Shown here piece by piece: positions 1-13,724 of a DNA stretch of 64,000 nucleotides (positions are counted from its first letter, which is position 1; every line of letters begins with the position of its first letter). A program made the translations under genes and the position numbers. The notes below the pieces were generated by a model. The model did not search any database. It saw nothing but the letters and a program-made list of their open reading frames with translations, and was not told the DNA's origin. This stretch comes from Octopus vulgaris (taxonomy: Eukaryota): positions 57,102,001 through 57,166,000 of the forward strand of contig OX597814.1 in assembly GCA_951406725.2 (NCBI GenBank). The letters are read 5' to 3'.

Positions 1-1935
1 TTTCCTGGCATAGGAAGCAAAATTGATGCTGGAAGAGTTCTCAGAGTACCAAGGATCATCTGGTCATCGATAAATCCGTTTTGAAGCATTGTAAAGAACA
101 TCATACAAACATGTCTATGGCTTGGATTGACTTTAAGAAGGTATATGATATGGTGCCTCATTCTTGGATCCTTGAATGCCTACAGATGTTTGGTGTTGCT
201 GACAACATCACAAATTTTCTGATATATAGCACGAAAGAGTGGAAAACCAAATTGTACTCAAGTAATGTATTCCTTGGAGAAGTTAATAGTAAAAGGAGAA
301 TCTTCCAAGGTGACTCGTTTTCTCCGTTACTATTTGTAATTTCACTATTACCCATAACAATGACACTTGGGAAAGTTAAGATTCGTTACCGATGTGGAAA
401 GAAAGTCTCATCAGTGAACCATCTTCTGTTTATGGATGACCTGAAATTATTTGGAAAATCTGAGAAATCTGATAGATTCCTTAAACAAAATAGTCCAGAA
501 GTGTGGTATGGAATTTCGGATTACCAAATGCTCAGTACTTAATATGAAAAGAAGGAAGAAAGCATTCTGCAGAGGATTACAGTTACCATCAAGAGAGATC
601 ATGGGTGAACCCGACGGTAGTGGGTAAAGATATTTAGGGATTTTGGAGCTGGATGACATTCTACACAAAGAAATGAAAGCCAACGTCAGCGAGGCGTATC
701 AAAAAGGGTGAAGATGGTGTTGAAATCCAACCTGAAAGCCAAAACTTTGATTACCGCAATGATTACCTGGGTAGTTGGGGTGGTCAGATATAGTGAGTCC
801 ATCCTCAAATGGATTAAGGAAGAAATATCAACATTGGAAAGTTGATGACGATGCATGGGGCGCTACACCCTAAAGCAAACGTAAACAGACGGTATATGAA
901 AAGAAAGAACGGTGGCAGAGGACTAATTAGTATTGTATAAGGAGTGAAAAAAGAACGCTTGCCCAGTATTTGATAAATATTGATGAAGGCTTACTGCAAT
1001 ATACCGTGAAAGATATGGGTGTAAATGCAGATGAAATGGTGGATAAGGAAGAGTTTAATCAAAGAGCTGAGGAGAAGAGAAAAGAAGACCTTCTTGAAAT
1101 GTAAATGCATGGACAGTTTGAAAGGAATACACAGGACGTTGAGGATAATACAACATCGTGGGTATGGCTTGAGCGAGGTGATTTGAAGCGTATCATCGAA
1201 AACCTAATCATTGCTTCAGAAGATCAGGCACCCGCTACCAATTCAGGGAAGTATAACATCTATAAAACTTCTAACACCCAGAAATGCAGACTGTGGAAAG
1301 AGTGTGAAAAATGTGACCCACTTGGTAAGTGGATGTGAGAGCCTTGCACAAAAAGAATACAAGCGCCGCTACAATAAAATGTGGGTGTATCTTCATTGGC
1401 TCTTATGTCGTAAATATCAATATGAAGTAACAGAGAACTGGTAGGAGCGTGTACCAAGTAAAGATATGCAGGAGGATTGAAAAGTAATGATACTCTGGGA
1501 CTATGATTTCCAGGCGGATCGTATAATGGAACACCATCGGCCGGATATTATTATATTGAGTAAGAGAGACAAACACTGTCAGATCATTGATGTAGCCATA
1601 CCTGATGACATGAATGTTGTGAGTAAGGAGGTTGAAAAAAATCACCAAGTACTCCGAATTGAAAGTGGAAATGGCAAGACTGTATGGAATGCGAGAAGGT
1701 AATGTAAAAGTGATACCAGTGGTGATCAGTGCGAGCGTTGGGCTTAATCCCTTTGAAACTTCAAGACTTCTTAAGGCAACTGGAAATCCCATGCAAGATT
1801 AATGTCTTACAAACGGCAGCATTATTGGGTATAGCGCAAATCTTAAGGAAAGTATTATCTGTCTGATTTCCTTGTAACTTGACAGATGACTAAAGATACC
1901 GGTGCATTTTTACCTACACTGTATTGCGAAGGACT
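1..1935 (+). mobile_element. Decayed R4/Dong-clade non-LTR retrotransposon (RT, CCHC, restriction-like endonuclease); 5' part outside window
   Basis: RT motifs MAWIDFKKVYDMVPHSWI, IFQGDSFSPLLF, NHLLFMDDLKLF (ORF 81-542). Then MHGQFER..WVWL, CRL..HLVSGC..LAQKEYKRR and ILWDYDFQADRIMEHHRPDIII..IIDVAIP (RLE). Many frameshifts and stops. Ends in (TAC)n(TAA)n. Confidence 0.85.
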
Positions 1936-2118
<183 letters not shown>

Positions 2119-2580
2119 CGGTAAAAGAATCTGATATGCTGAGAAAAAATAAAGATTTGATGATTGAAATCGAAAAGATGTTGTATCTCAAGACAGTTAC
2201 TATACCAGTGATTGTAAGAGTACTTGGAATGATCAAAAAGGGAACTGAAAATTATTTGATGATGATCTCTGGCTTACCATCCACGCAGGAAGTGCAAAAG
2301 TTTGTCTTAACTGGCCCGTCACACATATTGAGAAGAGTATTATCGCTGTGAATATTTTTCCCTTTATTTTCTGTTTTCTTTTTCATTTTCCTTCTGTCCT
2401 TTTCTTTCTGTCTTTCCTCACCCTTTCTTTTTATCACACGACTTTCTAAATAAAGAATCTTGGTGTGTATATTATAATAGCCTATCAATGTATACATTGA
2501 ATTTCTTTTCCATAGGTATCGGGAATACACTCGACAAGAAATGGAAACAAAATTGAAAGAGGATAGAGGATAATAAAAAC
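2119..2580 (+). mobile_element. 5'-truncated R4/Dong-type 3' end inserted in (TAA)n
   Basis: LRKNKDLMIEIEKML..VTIPVIVRVLGMIKKG..SHILRRVLSL. 3' UTR matches 6150-6235. (TAA)n on both sides. Confidence 0.8.
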
Positions 2581-2604
2581 AAAAATAATAATAATAATAA
2601 TAAT

Positions 2605-4620
2605 ATTTTCTTTATTAGCCACAAGGGTCGAACACAAAGCTAAAGTGGACAATACAAGACAAGGGACAAAGAAGAATTAGTGCAAATATACGTATGCACA
2701 ATAAAAGCAGTAACAATAAGCAACAAAATTTATACCATAAAATCCTCCCAAAAGGTAGTTCTATCCTGGCCCAACCAAAGAACGTCACATATCCTGGTCA
2801 CCCTGACCGTCAAGGGCACCAAAATAGGCCTCTCTCTCTCTCCACATCTCTTTAAGCCTACAGGTGTATGCTCAGAGTGGGTACATTCACACGGGGCATC
2901 CTCGTCACATTCACCCACTTTTCAACAAAAAATACTGGATGGGGAAACTCTTCTCTCTCCATCCCTCTTTTCTTTTCAAGAGGAACATGAAAAGTCTATA
3001 AGGGCTTGAATGAAGAGGAAAGTATTTGTCTTCAGTCCTTTCAACCTTGTCCACTACACTACCTCTTTCGCCATAGACAGAGTAATAATGCCTGCGACGG
3101 GGAGATCATGATGGACTTGGCTGATAACCTGATCCGTCCTACACAAGTCAACAGCTATTAGTCAAAGCTCTACAAGTCAACAATGTCCAGACACTGGACG
3201 AGTGCTTGCAGTACGGTTTCATCGCCCTTCGCACATCTTGAATAATTTTCAGAAATCCCTGACAGTGCAGTGCTACCCGAGCGCTCTAGCGGTACGAGAC
3301 CAGCTCTACAAGCACGGAAGTGTTACTAGGGCAGGGATTTCAGCAAATTTCAGCAAAGTCCACCGGAAAAGACAAACTAATTGATTTCTCCCGACGTCCA
3401 GAGTTTCCCCGTGTACATCGTCGCTCTTGCCCATTTCTAATTCCCAAAGTCGAATTTCCCCCGATTGCATTACCCGACTGGCAGAGAACTGTGTGTACTT
3501 ACTGACACTCCATGTGCCAAGAGCCCTTTCTTGGTTTACGTTTGATCTAGGACTGTAGCTCCGACAACGAAACGAGCTGCGAAAAATCCTTTCTGACAAA
3601 CGGCGACCACACCTCCTCACCATCAAGGAAGTCCTAGCGCTGTCAGTGTATGTCTGTGCATTATAGCCACAGCATATTCAATCCTCTACTCAGAGGCTGC
3701 TGACAGCAGATGGGCTGTCTGACGAACAGAATATGTTCTTTCTAGATAAAGCAGGAAAAACATGTGCTTCAGCTGATCATCCACAATGCGGGGGGGGGGT
3801 GGCAAGGGAAGACGGTCAGGCGATAGTGGATGACGGAAGCGATGTCCGCATTCGCCATCTCTATCCGACCTTTCAGAGAGATCTTCCTCTCTATCCATTT
3901 CTGGGTGAGATTGGCCACCCTGCTTGTCACAGCCCGCAGTCCTTGTCTACTTAGAGGTCTGAACCAAATCATACCCCTAGCATTTTAGCTGGTCCTTCCG
4001 TCCAGTGCTCTATGATGCTGTCGGACGGCCAGGCTGCACACCCGCCCACTTCTGGTTAATCTTTGCTCCTGTATGTTTCGTACTCCCTCAGGGTAGTGCC
4101 GATCACCTCCATTTCCAAAGTGTCCGATACTATTACAGTGAAGTCGTCCCCATAAGCCGACACAGACCTTCAGCACCCTAGTTCACGCAGTATGCCCCTA
4201 GAAACACCCAATCTCCGTAATAATGGCTCGAGAGCCAGCACTTATAGAAGGGATGAGAGTGGGCATCATTGACGGATGCTAAACTATTTCGATAGGTTGT
4301 TATTTACTTTGACCACTGAAGAGATATTGCTGTCTATTCAGTGATCCAACCTCTGAAGACGGTTCCGAAACCGACCGCCGCGACGACAATCTCCGAATAT
4401 TGATGGTTGACCCTGACAAAAGCTTTCGATTTATCCAAATTGACCATCCATGTCATGTTCCTTACCTACCTACTCTATGTCGTAATGCGTGAGGTAGAGG
4501 TTGTCGTGGATAGATCTGTTTGAGATAGCACATGTCTGCACGACACCAACCAATTTATCGACGAGAAACACCAACCACTTGGCTAAAATTACCTATTTGT
4601 TATGGGCCTAACATGATCTA
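2605..4620 (-). mobile_element. Decayed Tx1/L1-clade ORF2 (RT to 3' end)
   Basis: Minus strand SSVVKVNNNLSK.FSIRQ.CPLSSLL.VLALEPLLRRL, then WIERKISLKGRIEMANADIASVIHYRLTV. AATAAA and (ATT)n tail near 2605. Confidence 0.75.
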
Positions 4621-5182
4621 TTTACAATAATAATAAATGCCCTGATGTAGTGCCAGGCAGTGTTTCTTATTGCTTCTGATATTAACTGACTGGATGTGTT
4701 ATCATGTACATTGTTTTGTCTTGGTATAGAAGATAGGCTCCAGCAAATATTCTGCTCATTACCACAGATTTACTTGTCAGTTCTTTGACCATAACCAGTT
4801 GTCCCTTGGTGGTTGACGATATGTGCATCTCTGATCACGAGCAGAAGTAGTGGGGAGTTTCATACCCATGTGTTGAGAGGAATTTTGGGAGGTTTCGACA
4901 ATTCACCTTTGGAAACATGAGTGTTTCGTTCAATCCTTAAACAATCCTTATTCAGGGACCTTTTAAGCAGGATGGACTACTCGGTCTGAAGAAAATTCTA
5001 ACTGGGCCCCACTTACAAGGTCATGCGCTGTTTATATTGATATGAGATCACCATGTCATACACATGGTTGTGATGCATCTGCCTGGTATACATTTATTAG
5101 AGGGGTAGCCATGATGGGTATACTGGACTTCCTATATGTGTACCCAAGTGTCACTTTGATGGCATGCACTGCTCTCTCACTC

Positions 5183-5235
<53 letters not shown>

Positions 5236-5238
<3 letters not shown>

Positions 5239-6245
5239 CGAAAAAAGCGCACGAGCAATTGGCTGATAGGTGGGAGGAGAAACCTCTGCACGGCAAATAT
5301 GTGGCCTGCAGCAAACAAGCTGATGTTGACCAGAAGCAAACCCATCAGTGGCTACGGAGCTCAGGGCTAAAAGCAGAGAGCGAAGGTTTCATCCTGGCTG
5401 CTCAAGATCAAAGCCTATTAACCCGGAACTACCAGGCCAATGTGATGAAAAATGGAGCAGACCCAAAATGCCGATTCTGCAACGACATGATTGAAACAGT
5501 GGACCACCTAATCTCTGGATGTAAAGTCTTAGCACCAGTGGAGTATAAATTAAGACATGACAGAGTTGGCCAATATATACACTGGCTAATAAGTCGGCAT
5601 TACAATATCAAAACTGCCGACAAGTGGTATAATCACCACTCTGAAGCTGTAACTGAAGGAGAAAATGTAACGATTCTGTGGGACTTTCCAGTACATACAG
5701 ACCAATAAACCAGTACATACAGCCAATAAACCAGATATTGTTGTAAAAGACCAAAACAATAAAGTTTGCTTATTGATCGACATGAGCACCCCCCGTGATC
5801 ATAATATCTCAGCGAAAGAGTTTGACAAGCTCAGAAAATATAAAGACCTACTCATTGAAATTGAGAAAATGTGGCATCTCAATGCGGTTACAATACCAGT
5901 GATCGTAGGAGCACTAGGAATGATCAAGAAGGGAACCGAAAATTATATGAGAATGATCCCTGGCTTACCATCCCTGCAAGAAGTGCAAAAGATTGTCTTA
6001 ACTGGTACATCACACGTATTGAGAAGAGCATTCTTAACTGGTACATCACACGTATTGAGAAGAGCATTATCGATGTGAAAACTATTACTACCCATGTATT
6101 TTAATTCAACTTAAAAAAAAAATGAACGAACTATTGAGTTTAGTTTAATGGCCTACCAATGTATACTATGAGTTTCTTTGCCCTAGGAGTCGGGAAGACA
6201 CTCGGCAAGAAATGGAAGTAAATTTGAAAGAAGGAAAAAAAAATG
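5236..6245 (+). mobile_element. 5'-truncated R4/Dong-type element in (TAA)n, with two small internal tandem duplications
   Basis: WEEKPLHGKY..HQWLRSSGLKAESEGFILAAQDQSLLTRNY..CRFC..HLISGC..ILWDFPVHTD, RLE region to HVLRRALSM. A 36-nt duplication near 5998-6069 and an ~21-nt duplication near 5688-5730. Confidence 0.85.
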
Positions 6246-6666
6246 ATAATAATAATAATAACAACAATAATGGTTTAAAATTTTGGCACAAGGTCAGCAA
6301 TTTTGGAGGAATGAAAACGATCAATGCCTTCTCTCCAGCATTGTTGGCATTGTGCCTAAATTTAAAACTTCTAACGACATAAATTTAGAAAATAATTTTC
6401 GATTGAGAAACTGCACTGGAAATACTGAAAATTTGTCGTCAGATGTCTTTACAATAATAGAATAGATGAAAATGTTGAAAGATATAAATTGGAAAGAAAT
6501 TAAACAAAATGAAGATATATCTTATATCGTTATGATTTATTTATCAAATCAGGACAATTATTAAAATGAGAAACAATTATCATTTTATGTTATGAGAACA
6601 TTTGATTCAAAATTGAAAGGTATATAAAGAGAATTCTAATTAATGCAAACAAATTTGGTATAAACC

Positions 6667-6672
6667 TTTATT
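6667..6672 (-). terminator. Candidate polyadenylation signal (AATAAA) of the EF-hand gene; alternative at 6536-6541
   Basis: AATAAA on the minus strand 22 nt after the TAG stop. The AT-rich context limits specificity. Confidence 0.45.
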
Positions 6673-6694
6673 GTACTTCTTTATATAAGTATTT

Positions 6695-6896
6695 CTATCT
6701 CCGCATAGCCTTCTCAAATTCATCGTAATCAATTTTCCCATCCCTACCAGAAACTGCATCAAACATCACTTTAAGGTCCTCATCAGTGTACTTCATACCA
6801 TTTTGTTTCAATACCTGTTCCACCTCACATTTGGTGAGGAAGCCAGATTTGTCTTTATCCATCTCCTCAAAAGCTCTTCGCAACGCCTTTGGGTCG
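6695..6896 (-). CDS. Calmodulin-like four-EF-hand protein, terminal exon 3 (EF3 + EF4), shared
   Basis: Acceptor ttttctccatctag|C. Encodes (N)DPKALRRAFEEMDKDKSGFLTKCEVEQVLKQNGMKYTDEDLKVMFDAVSGRDGKIDYDEFEKAMRR*. Phase matches exon 2 (AA|C = Asn). Confidence 0.93.
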
Positions 6897-7379
6897 CTAG
6901 ATGGAGAAAAGGTTTAGAAAAAGTAAGTAACATTAATTACTATATAAAACAATGCATTATAAAAAAAGCAATAAAAAAAATAAAGGTTTCTTTTGTATAT
7001 GTAGTTTATTTTCTGTCTTTGTATGTTAATGACATAATTGCTATTACTGAAGATTTAACTAGGCTACTTGTAGCCGAATTATGTGGGTACTATAAAACTA
7101 GTTGATAGGACAGCGGTTTGTATCCTGTCATCTACACTATGCTGACATCATGGAGAAGACTTTTAACAGTTGACTCTACAAACCCTTAGCTTGAGAAGTT
7201 TTGTATTAATGACAGGTGCATTAACTTTCAGTGTAAATTTTATTTCTTCTAACTAGAAAACCCCCTTCTATAGAAGAGATAATCCCGATACTTAATAGAT
7301 TCCATCTAACCAGAGTGTGGAATTTATGTCTCATTTCGTGGACAAACGAAAGAAGAGCAGTCAACCCATTTATTGGGAA

Positions 7380-7756
7380 TTACATATATGAATCAAAGAA
7401 GTTTGATTCAAATATGTTGGTACTCAAATTCAAAATATGATTTAGAGATTTTTAATAAACATGCACCTTATTATAAGAGAGCCCTGCATGAGGCATTATA
7501 TAATAATAATATTTAATTCTTTAATATTTGTAAATATAATTATAATATAAAGGATTATAATATAAGTGATTTTTATAATAATAAACCTAATTTTCTGAAT
7601 TATGATAAGTTTTCTTTAGGTAACTATGGTCTTAATAATAATAGGTATTATGATAATATAAATCATACATTTAATATGGAATAAAAAATAAGATTAAATT
7701 TAATTCAATTAATGATGATAATAAATTTAATAATATTACAAAGAAGTGTAATAATG

Positions 7757-7826
<70 letters not shown>

Positions 7827-9745
7827 CAACAACAACAACAAGAAAATATGGTGAATTGTTTCTTTTGGGGCTCAGCTAAAAATAAATGTTATTAACGAGA
7901 TTTTAAATATAATTGAAATGCTCATTAGGGATAATAAAAAATATAACATTTTTTCTAGTAATAATTTTGGAGTTGGTTATTCTACTACTAATAATGTTAA
8001 TAATATTATTACAAAAAGAAATTAAATAATTATTCCAATAATAATAATAAAGACCATGATATAATTTATTGTACATGTAGAGATAAGACTACATTTAATA
8101 TTAGTAATAAGTGTAATTTGGATAATGTTGTTTATAAATGTATAGTAACTTTAATTGATGATAATAATACGAATGATTATAATTTAAACGCGATCTACAT
8201 AGGGTCGACTTCGAATAAAATTAAATTAAGGGTGGCTCAACACATGTATTCTTTTAGGAATAGAAATCTAATTTTATAGGCCTCACTAAATATATTTGGG
8301 AACTTAAATCTAAATGTATTAAATATAATTTAACTTGGGAGATCATTTGTAAGGCAAAATCTTATTGTATAGGTAGTAATTCTTGTTTATTGTGTATTAA
8401 TGAATTTAAGGAAATATTATTTAATAATAATTATATATTGGTTAATTCCCGAGATTAGCGTAAAATTAAATGCAAACATAAATTAAATTACTTATATAAT
8501 AAGTTTAGCTAATTTTTCCATATATATAAAACCCCATTTTATGTTACTAATTTACTGTAGATATAATTTAAAGTAGTATTAGTGTATAAATTAGCATGAT
8601 ATATGTTATATTACATTATTTGAATACGCTTAAACTTGGATGTTTCTTAATAATTAAATGAATATATAAATTAATGAATATCTATTAATTATAGTAATAT
8701 AAATTAATTTAACTATATTATGTATATTTTACTTATTTTAATATTAATATTATTTGGACTTTAAATTTTCCAGTAAATAGTAATTTATAGTTTAGTTTTT
8801 TGTTCTCTTATTCTCTGATTCTAGAAGCTTAAATATCTTTCGTCATTTTCATTAATATAATACATACTTCTATACATTTATTCTATTTTTTACGCAACGT
8901 CTTCAAATTTCTTATAAACGCTAAGGCCTACGTTTTTACGTTTAAAATCAGATAAAAAATTGTCATAGATAAGTAATGAATTTCTTTTATAACAATATTA
9001 TTGAATTTTGAATTGAATTTTGTTTGATTATTATTGTAAAAATATTGATTTCTATATTGATTTTCTATATTATTTCTATGATTTCTATATTATTTGATAA
9101 TTATAAGTTACGATACGTATATTTATTTACTTAGTATTTTTATTATTGTTATTATCTTGTGAATTAACGTATTACATATAATTTACACCGGGAAATAGTT
9201 TTGTAAGTCAAATTCTTATCGAATAGGTAAGAATTTTTATTTGTTATGTAATATTATATTTAAGTAAATACTTTTAATAATAATTGAAGCTTTGGTTAAT
9301 TCTATAAATGAGTGTAATATATAAATTGTAATATATATAAATTGAATTAATTATATAGCAAGTTTAACTAATTTGTGTGTATATATTTGAACCATGTTTC
9401 TATTTTTAATTCTTGTACTCATAGTTTGTAGTAATATTGTGTATATAAGTTAGCATGAAGTTTTTTAGTATATATTACTTAATTAGAATAAGACTTAACT
9501 TAGATGTTTATTAAATAAATAAATTAATAATTTAATGTATATAGATTAAATTATAGTAGTTTAGCCGAATAACTGAAGAGATGGCGGCGTGGATTTCCAC
9601 CTCGGAGTTTTATCATGGCTACCAAATAATTGTCACGTATTACTCTTACAGATAAATTGCTCTATTTATATAATATCGAAGTCTCTTTCTTTCTTTTGTC
9701 ATCTTACCGTTTTTATCACTATATATATATATGTATGCATGTATG

Positions 9746-9825
<80 letters not shown>

Positions 9826-10370
9826 TTAAATATTTTGTTTTGATTACTAGTATTTTAATTTTCCAATAATGATATACTATAGTTTGTTATGTTTTCTTCT
9901 ATAAGCTGAAATATATTTTCATAGATGAAATAAATATTTATTCTAGTTTTATTTACACCACGTTTTTAACGAGATAAATTTATTATAAACAATAAGTCCT
10001 ACGTATTAAGTTTAAAGATTTAGTTAACAGAATATTTTTGATAAGATATTTGGTATTTTTATTTTAAGATATATTGTTGAATTTTGTTCGATTTTGTATT
10101 GAAAAATTACGTATTTTTATATATATTTATATTTTCTTATTTCCATCTGGGACCTGATGAATGATTATTTAACTTGAATTGATTTTACTGTTATCAGTTT
10201 GAAAATATAGCCCTGAAACACGTGTAGTCTGTTTACTAATTATATACTATTCATTTATTATTTCGTACTTTATTTAGTTCTAGGCAAATGTTTTATCGTA
10301 TCTTTAATTTTTTTCTATATGGCATGATTTAATTATGTCATTGTTGAATTGCTACATGGTGGATCTTCTC
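7380..10370 (+). mobile_element. Very AT-rich decayed Penelope-like element (GIY-YIG region, possibly Nematis-like) with two diverged copies of the 3' region, in intron 2
   Basis: About 8070-8510 reads CTCRDK..KCNLDNVVYKCIV..IYIGSTSNKIKLRVAQHMYSF..KYIWELK..WEIICKAKSY..CLLCINE..KCKH. 8520-9100 resembles 9380-10140. Relic hammerhead at about 10150-10230. Boundaries approximate. Confidence 0.7.
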
Positions 10371-10423
10371 TAATTTATACACATACATACATACATACAT
10401 ACAAATAATCATATACATACATG

Positions 10424-10470
<47 letters not shown>

Positions 10471-10570
10471 GAGCATCGTATCTCCAGTCTTCGCTTTTCT
10501 ATAACATTTAGAAAGATATTACGAAGTAAGATAGGGATATGAAAAAGTAAACTGAGGTGTATAAACTTAC

Positions 10571-10656
10571 TTAAGACTAGGTTTGCTCATCGCTTCAACG
10601 AATTCACACTTGCTTATTTTGCCATCACTGTCCACATCCATGTCTTGCAATACGCT
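10571..10656 (-). CDS. Calmodulin-like protein, exon 2 (EF2), shared
   Basis: Acceptor ttttattcttacag|AGC, donor AA|gtaagt, 86 nt. Encodes SVLQDMDVDSDGKISKCEFVEAMSKPSL with canonical loop DVDSDGKISKCE. Too short for the ORF track. Confidence 0.93.
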
Positions 10657-13399
10657 CTGTAAGAATAAAATGGTATTAGTAGCAGTTTTAGTAACAGTTA
10701 TATGAATTTCAATATTAGTTACGATGGTGGCTAATACAAATTACAAAATCACTTGTTTCTCGTGCACTCAATCGATATATCCTACATACATCGACCACTA
10801 TCGATACATCCTGAGTACGTCGACATGATTTTAAGTTGGTGAATTCGGAATGTAGTGAGAAGCTTTCAGGTTATTTGTTTGAACCTTCTTTTAATTTATT
10901 ATACACAAGCTGCTGTAGTGATTTTTAAATGGGATGATGACTTTACGTTTAATAATATTGTTTACGACATGAACTTTTGAACATTGATCTGTATTGCACT
11001 TTCTACTTTTCATTTCTATACCTTGTTATCAGTTTCCTCTGCTCCTGTGTGGGTCTGTTATGATTTTTGTTTATGCCTCAAACTAATGTAATAAAATGGA
11101 CTATCAATTTTCTACAACGGCGTTGACTTTTATTTCATCTTATTTTTGTATGTCTGTTGTGTAGATGTACAGTGTTAGAGAGTTCGGTCTAACGACCCTT
11201 GAATTTTAAGGTGGATAAAAGTGTGAACCCTAATGACCATATTCATGTAAAGAGCAGTGTCTTCAGATATTGTCAGGGTTGAAACGTGTAATGATGGAGC
11301 AATGCTAATAAAATCTATAACTGATGAAATATGGTGTGTGTTCGTCATCGGAAATTGACAGTAAAGAAAGAAATAACTTCATATTTTGCTTTGTTTGGAA
11401 TCATCCAGATGAGTGAGATGGTTTATAGCTAACCCATAGCATTTTGTAACCATTGATGATTTATTTGAGTCCACAAATTTATTAGTGGAGTTAAGCTATA
11501 AAATGTCTCTGGTAGTAAATAGCTTAGCACTAAGAAATTAATAAATAAAATATACAGGTTTTTGAGGCCAACAAATTAACTGAAAGAGAAATACATCACT
11601 TCTTTCATTCTTCGTTTAGTTACCAAATACTTTTTAAAATCCCACTGATTTTTGGAACACTGTCATATGTTGGAAGATCTATTATTAACTCAACCATGAC
11701 AGGGCACTATAAGGAGCTTAGAAATAATGAAACAACGTGACTTCAATCCCATTTAAAGTTCTTCCATGATTCCAACTACGAAATACGTCATCTTGTGTTA
11801 TCTATCTTCAGTTAAGTGCCTTGGCTCTAGAAACTGCGTAACACTGGTAACAGGAGACAAATCATCACAATTTGGGCTACACACTTTCCTCTATTGATTA
11901 TATTGCTATTTTAATGCAGAATATTGATTCCTTTTTACTTGACAAAAGAAAGTCACACTTTAGTGAAAGAGAATAGTAATTTCCTAAAAGAATTATCTAT
12001 CTCAGTAAAAATCGCTTGAAACTGAAGTGCTACACCACCATTCCTAAAACCTAACGTCTCATTGTCGGTTGCTCTCTACAAATGGGAACAAATAGTCGTT
12101 ACTGAACTCTATAGCGAATGTTAATTTTCTAAGAGAGACATTTAACAAGTTCTGTCCTTGATCTTATGCTAACGAAAACTAAGATCACCAAACAAATTCA
12201 ATGTGAATATTCAATTTATAACAGAACCTGACATTTGAAAAGTATTTTGATGTGGGTGGTAGAACTATATTTATCATGAAGGTATTCCACAGAAATATGT
12301 TATTAGCATATCGACATATATGGTACATTTGGAACCGTGATGAGTGTCATAATGTTACTCTTTTTCAACAAAACCACTACAAATACTGAAATATATATAT
12401 AGAAAATGTTGTGACATTAGAAATGTCAGGATGTATCATTGTAAATATGCTTTCATATTTTAGTTCTGCTCAAACTGAAACTGAACTAATGATGAAAAAT
12501 CAAAGCACTCACAAGGATTGTATTTTTTTGATAATTAGTATTCTTTTATACGAAAATGGTAAAGTGAATGAAGAATAAAATGCTAGAATAAAATCTTTGT
12601 GGTATTTAGTTTAGAAAATAATTCACTTCCCAGTGCAATTAACTTAACCTTTAGTCTCGAATTGGCACTACTGATCAACTTTTATCGAGATCTGTCTTAC
12701 CTGTTGTTTCCTTGTCAAATACTAATAACTCATCCTCTATCTGTTAAATGTCTTCGCTATAGACGCTAAGAAGGGCAGAAAGTGAGATCCAAATCATAGT
12801 CCCAGCAATGACTACAAAGTCTATGAACTAATCATAATTCACCCCTACATGGATGATTCTAAATAAAGTACAAATAATGAATACGTCACACTTTTAAAAT
12901 ATTGATGTCTTTATCGACACAAGGCCAGAAAGACGGATGGATATAATCACTCATATTGACATTAATAATTCATAGGCGCAATTTCATGCTAAGTACAATT
13001 TCATGCTAAGCAGATCGCAAAGTGATTCGCAATTTACACGTAGAGAGGTGTGATTCTCGCTGCCCCAGCGATTATGCTAAAGATATACAATGAAAGAAAG
13101 ACTGTTAAAAGGTTCTGCTAAGGGCTGCATGCAGAAGAAGGGACTTAAAAAGTAATATAAAATTTTACTTGAACAGAAATATTAAATAAGAATTCACAAC
13201 TTGATGGTTTAGTCGGTTTCACTATTTGAATTCACAAATATATTATTACACTTATTTTCAAAATAGTAAAAATGAATGTATGTATGTATGCATTCCCTGG
13301 TTCTTACAAATTCGAAGAAGACATAGCACAATACGTTAAACAGAGTATATACATGCATACACACACACATATATATATATATATATGTATAAATCTTAC

Positions 13400-13549
13400 C
13401 TTGAAAGTTTGGCGAGATACATTTATACCTTTGTCATATAGACTGTCGCAAAGCTCATCAAGGCTTAAATAGTTACCGCCTTTTTTATCGATGCTTTCAA
13501 AATGTTTCTCCCAAAATTTTGGATTGTTTCTGTCCCTATTAGCTGACAT
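13400..13549 (-). CDS. Calmodulin-like protein, first coding exon 1A (degenerate EF1); joined to exons 2+3 gives 145 aa
   Basis: ATG at 13549. MSANRDRNNPKFWEKHFESIDKKGGNYLSLDELCDSLYDKGINVSRQTFK, donor AAG|gtaaga (phase 0). 150+86+202 = 438 nt open frame. Confidence 0.9.
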
Positions 13550-13656
13550 GTTTCTTGGTTTTGTATCTAAATCTAACTCTTGTTAGTGCTGTTATGAGAT
13601 TAGTCTGTGCGTTTACGTAATAAAAGCTTTTAATACTTCAAAACTCGGGTATACTA

Positions 13657-13664
13657 CTTTTATA
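13657..13664 (-). promoter_or_regulatory. TATA box (TATAAAAG) for exon 1A
   Basis: Canonical TATAAAAG about 110 nt upstream of the ATG on the minus strand. Confidence 0.6.
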
Positions 13665-13667
13665 AGA

Positions 13668-13724
<57 letters not shown>

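Noticed and set aside
4626-5182. 560-bp segment between (TAA)n tracts, probably an interspersed repeat
   Set aside because: No second copy in the window and no recognisable motif, so it could not be classified.
9570-9625. CUGAAGA hammerhead-like start
   Set aside because: No properly placed GAAA box or helix III.
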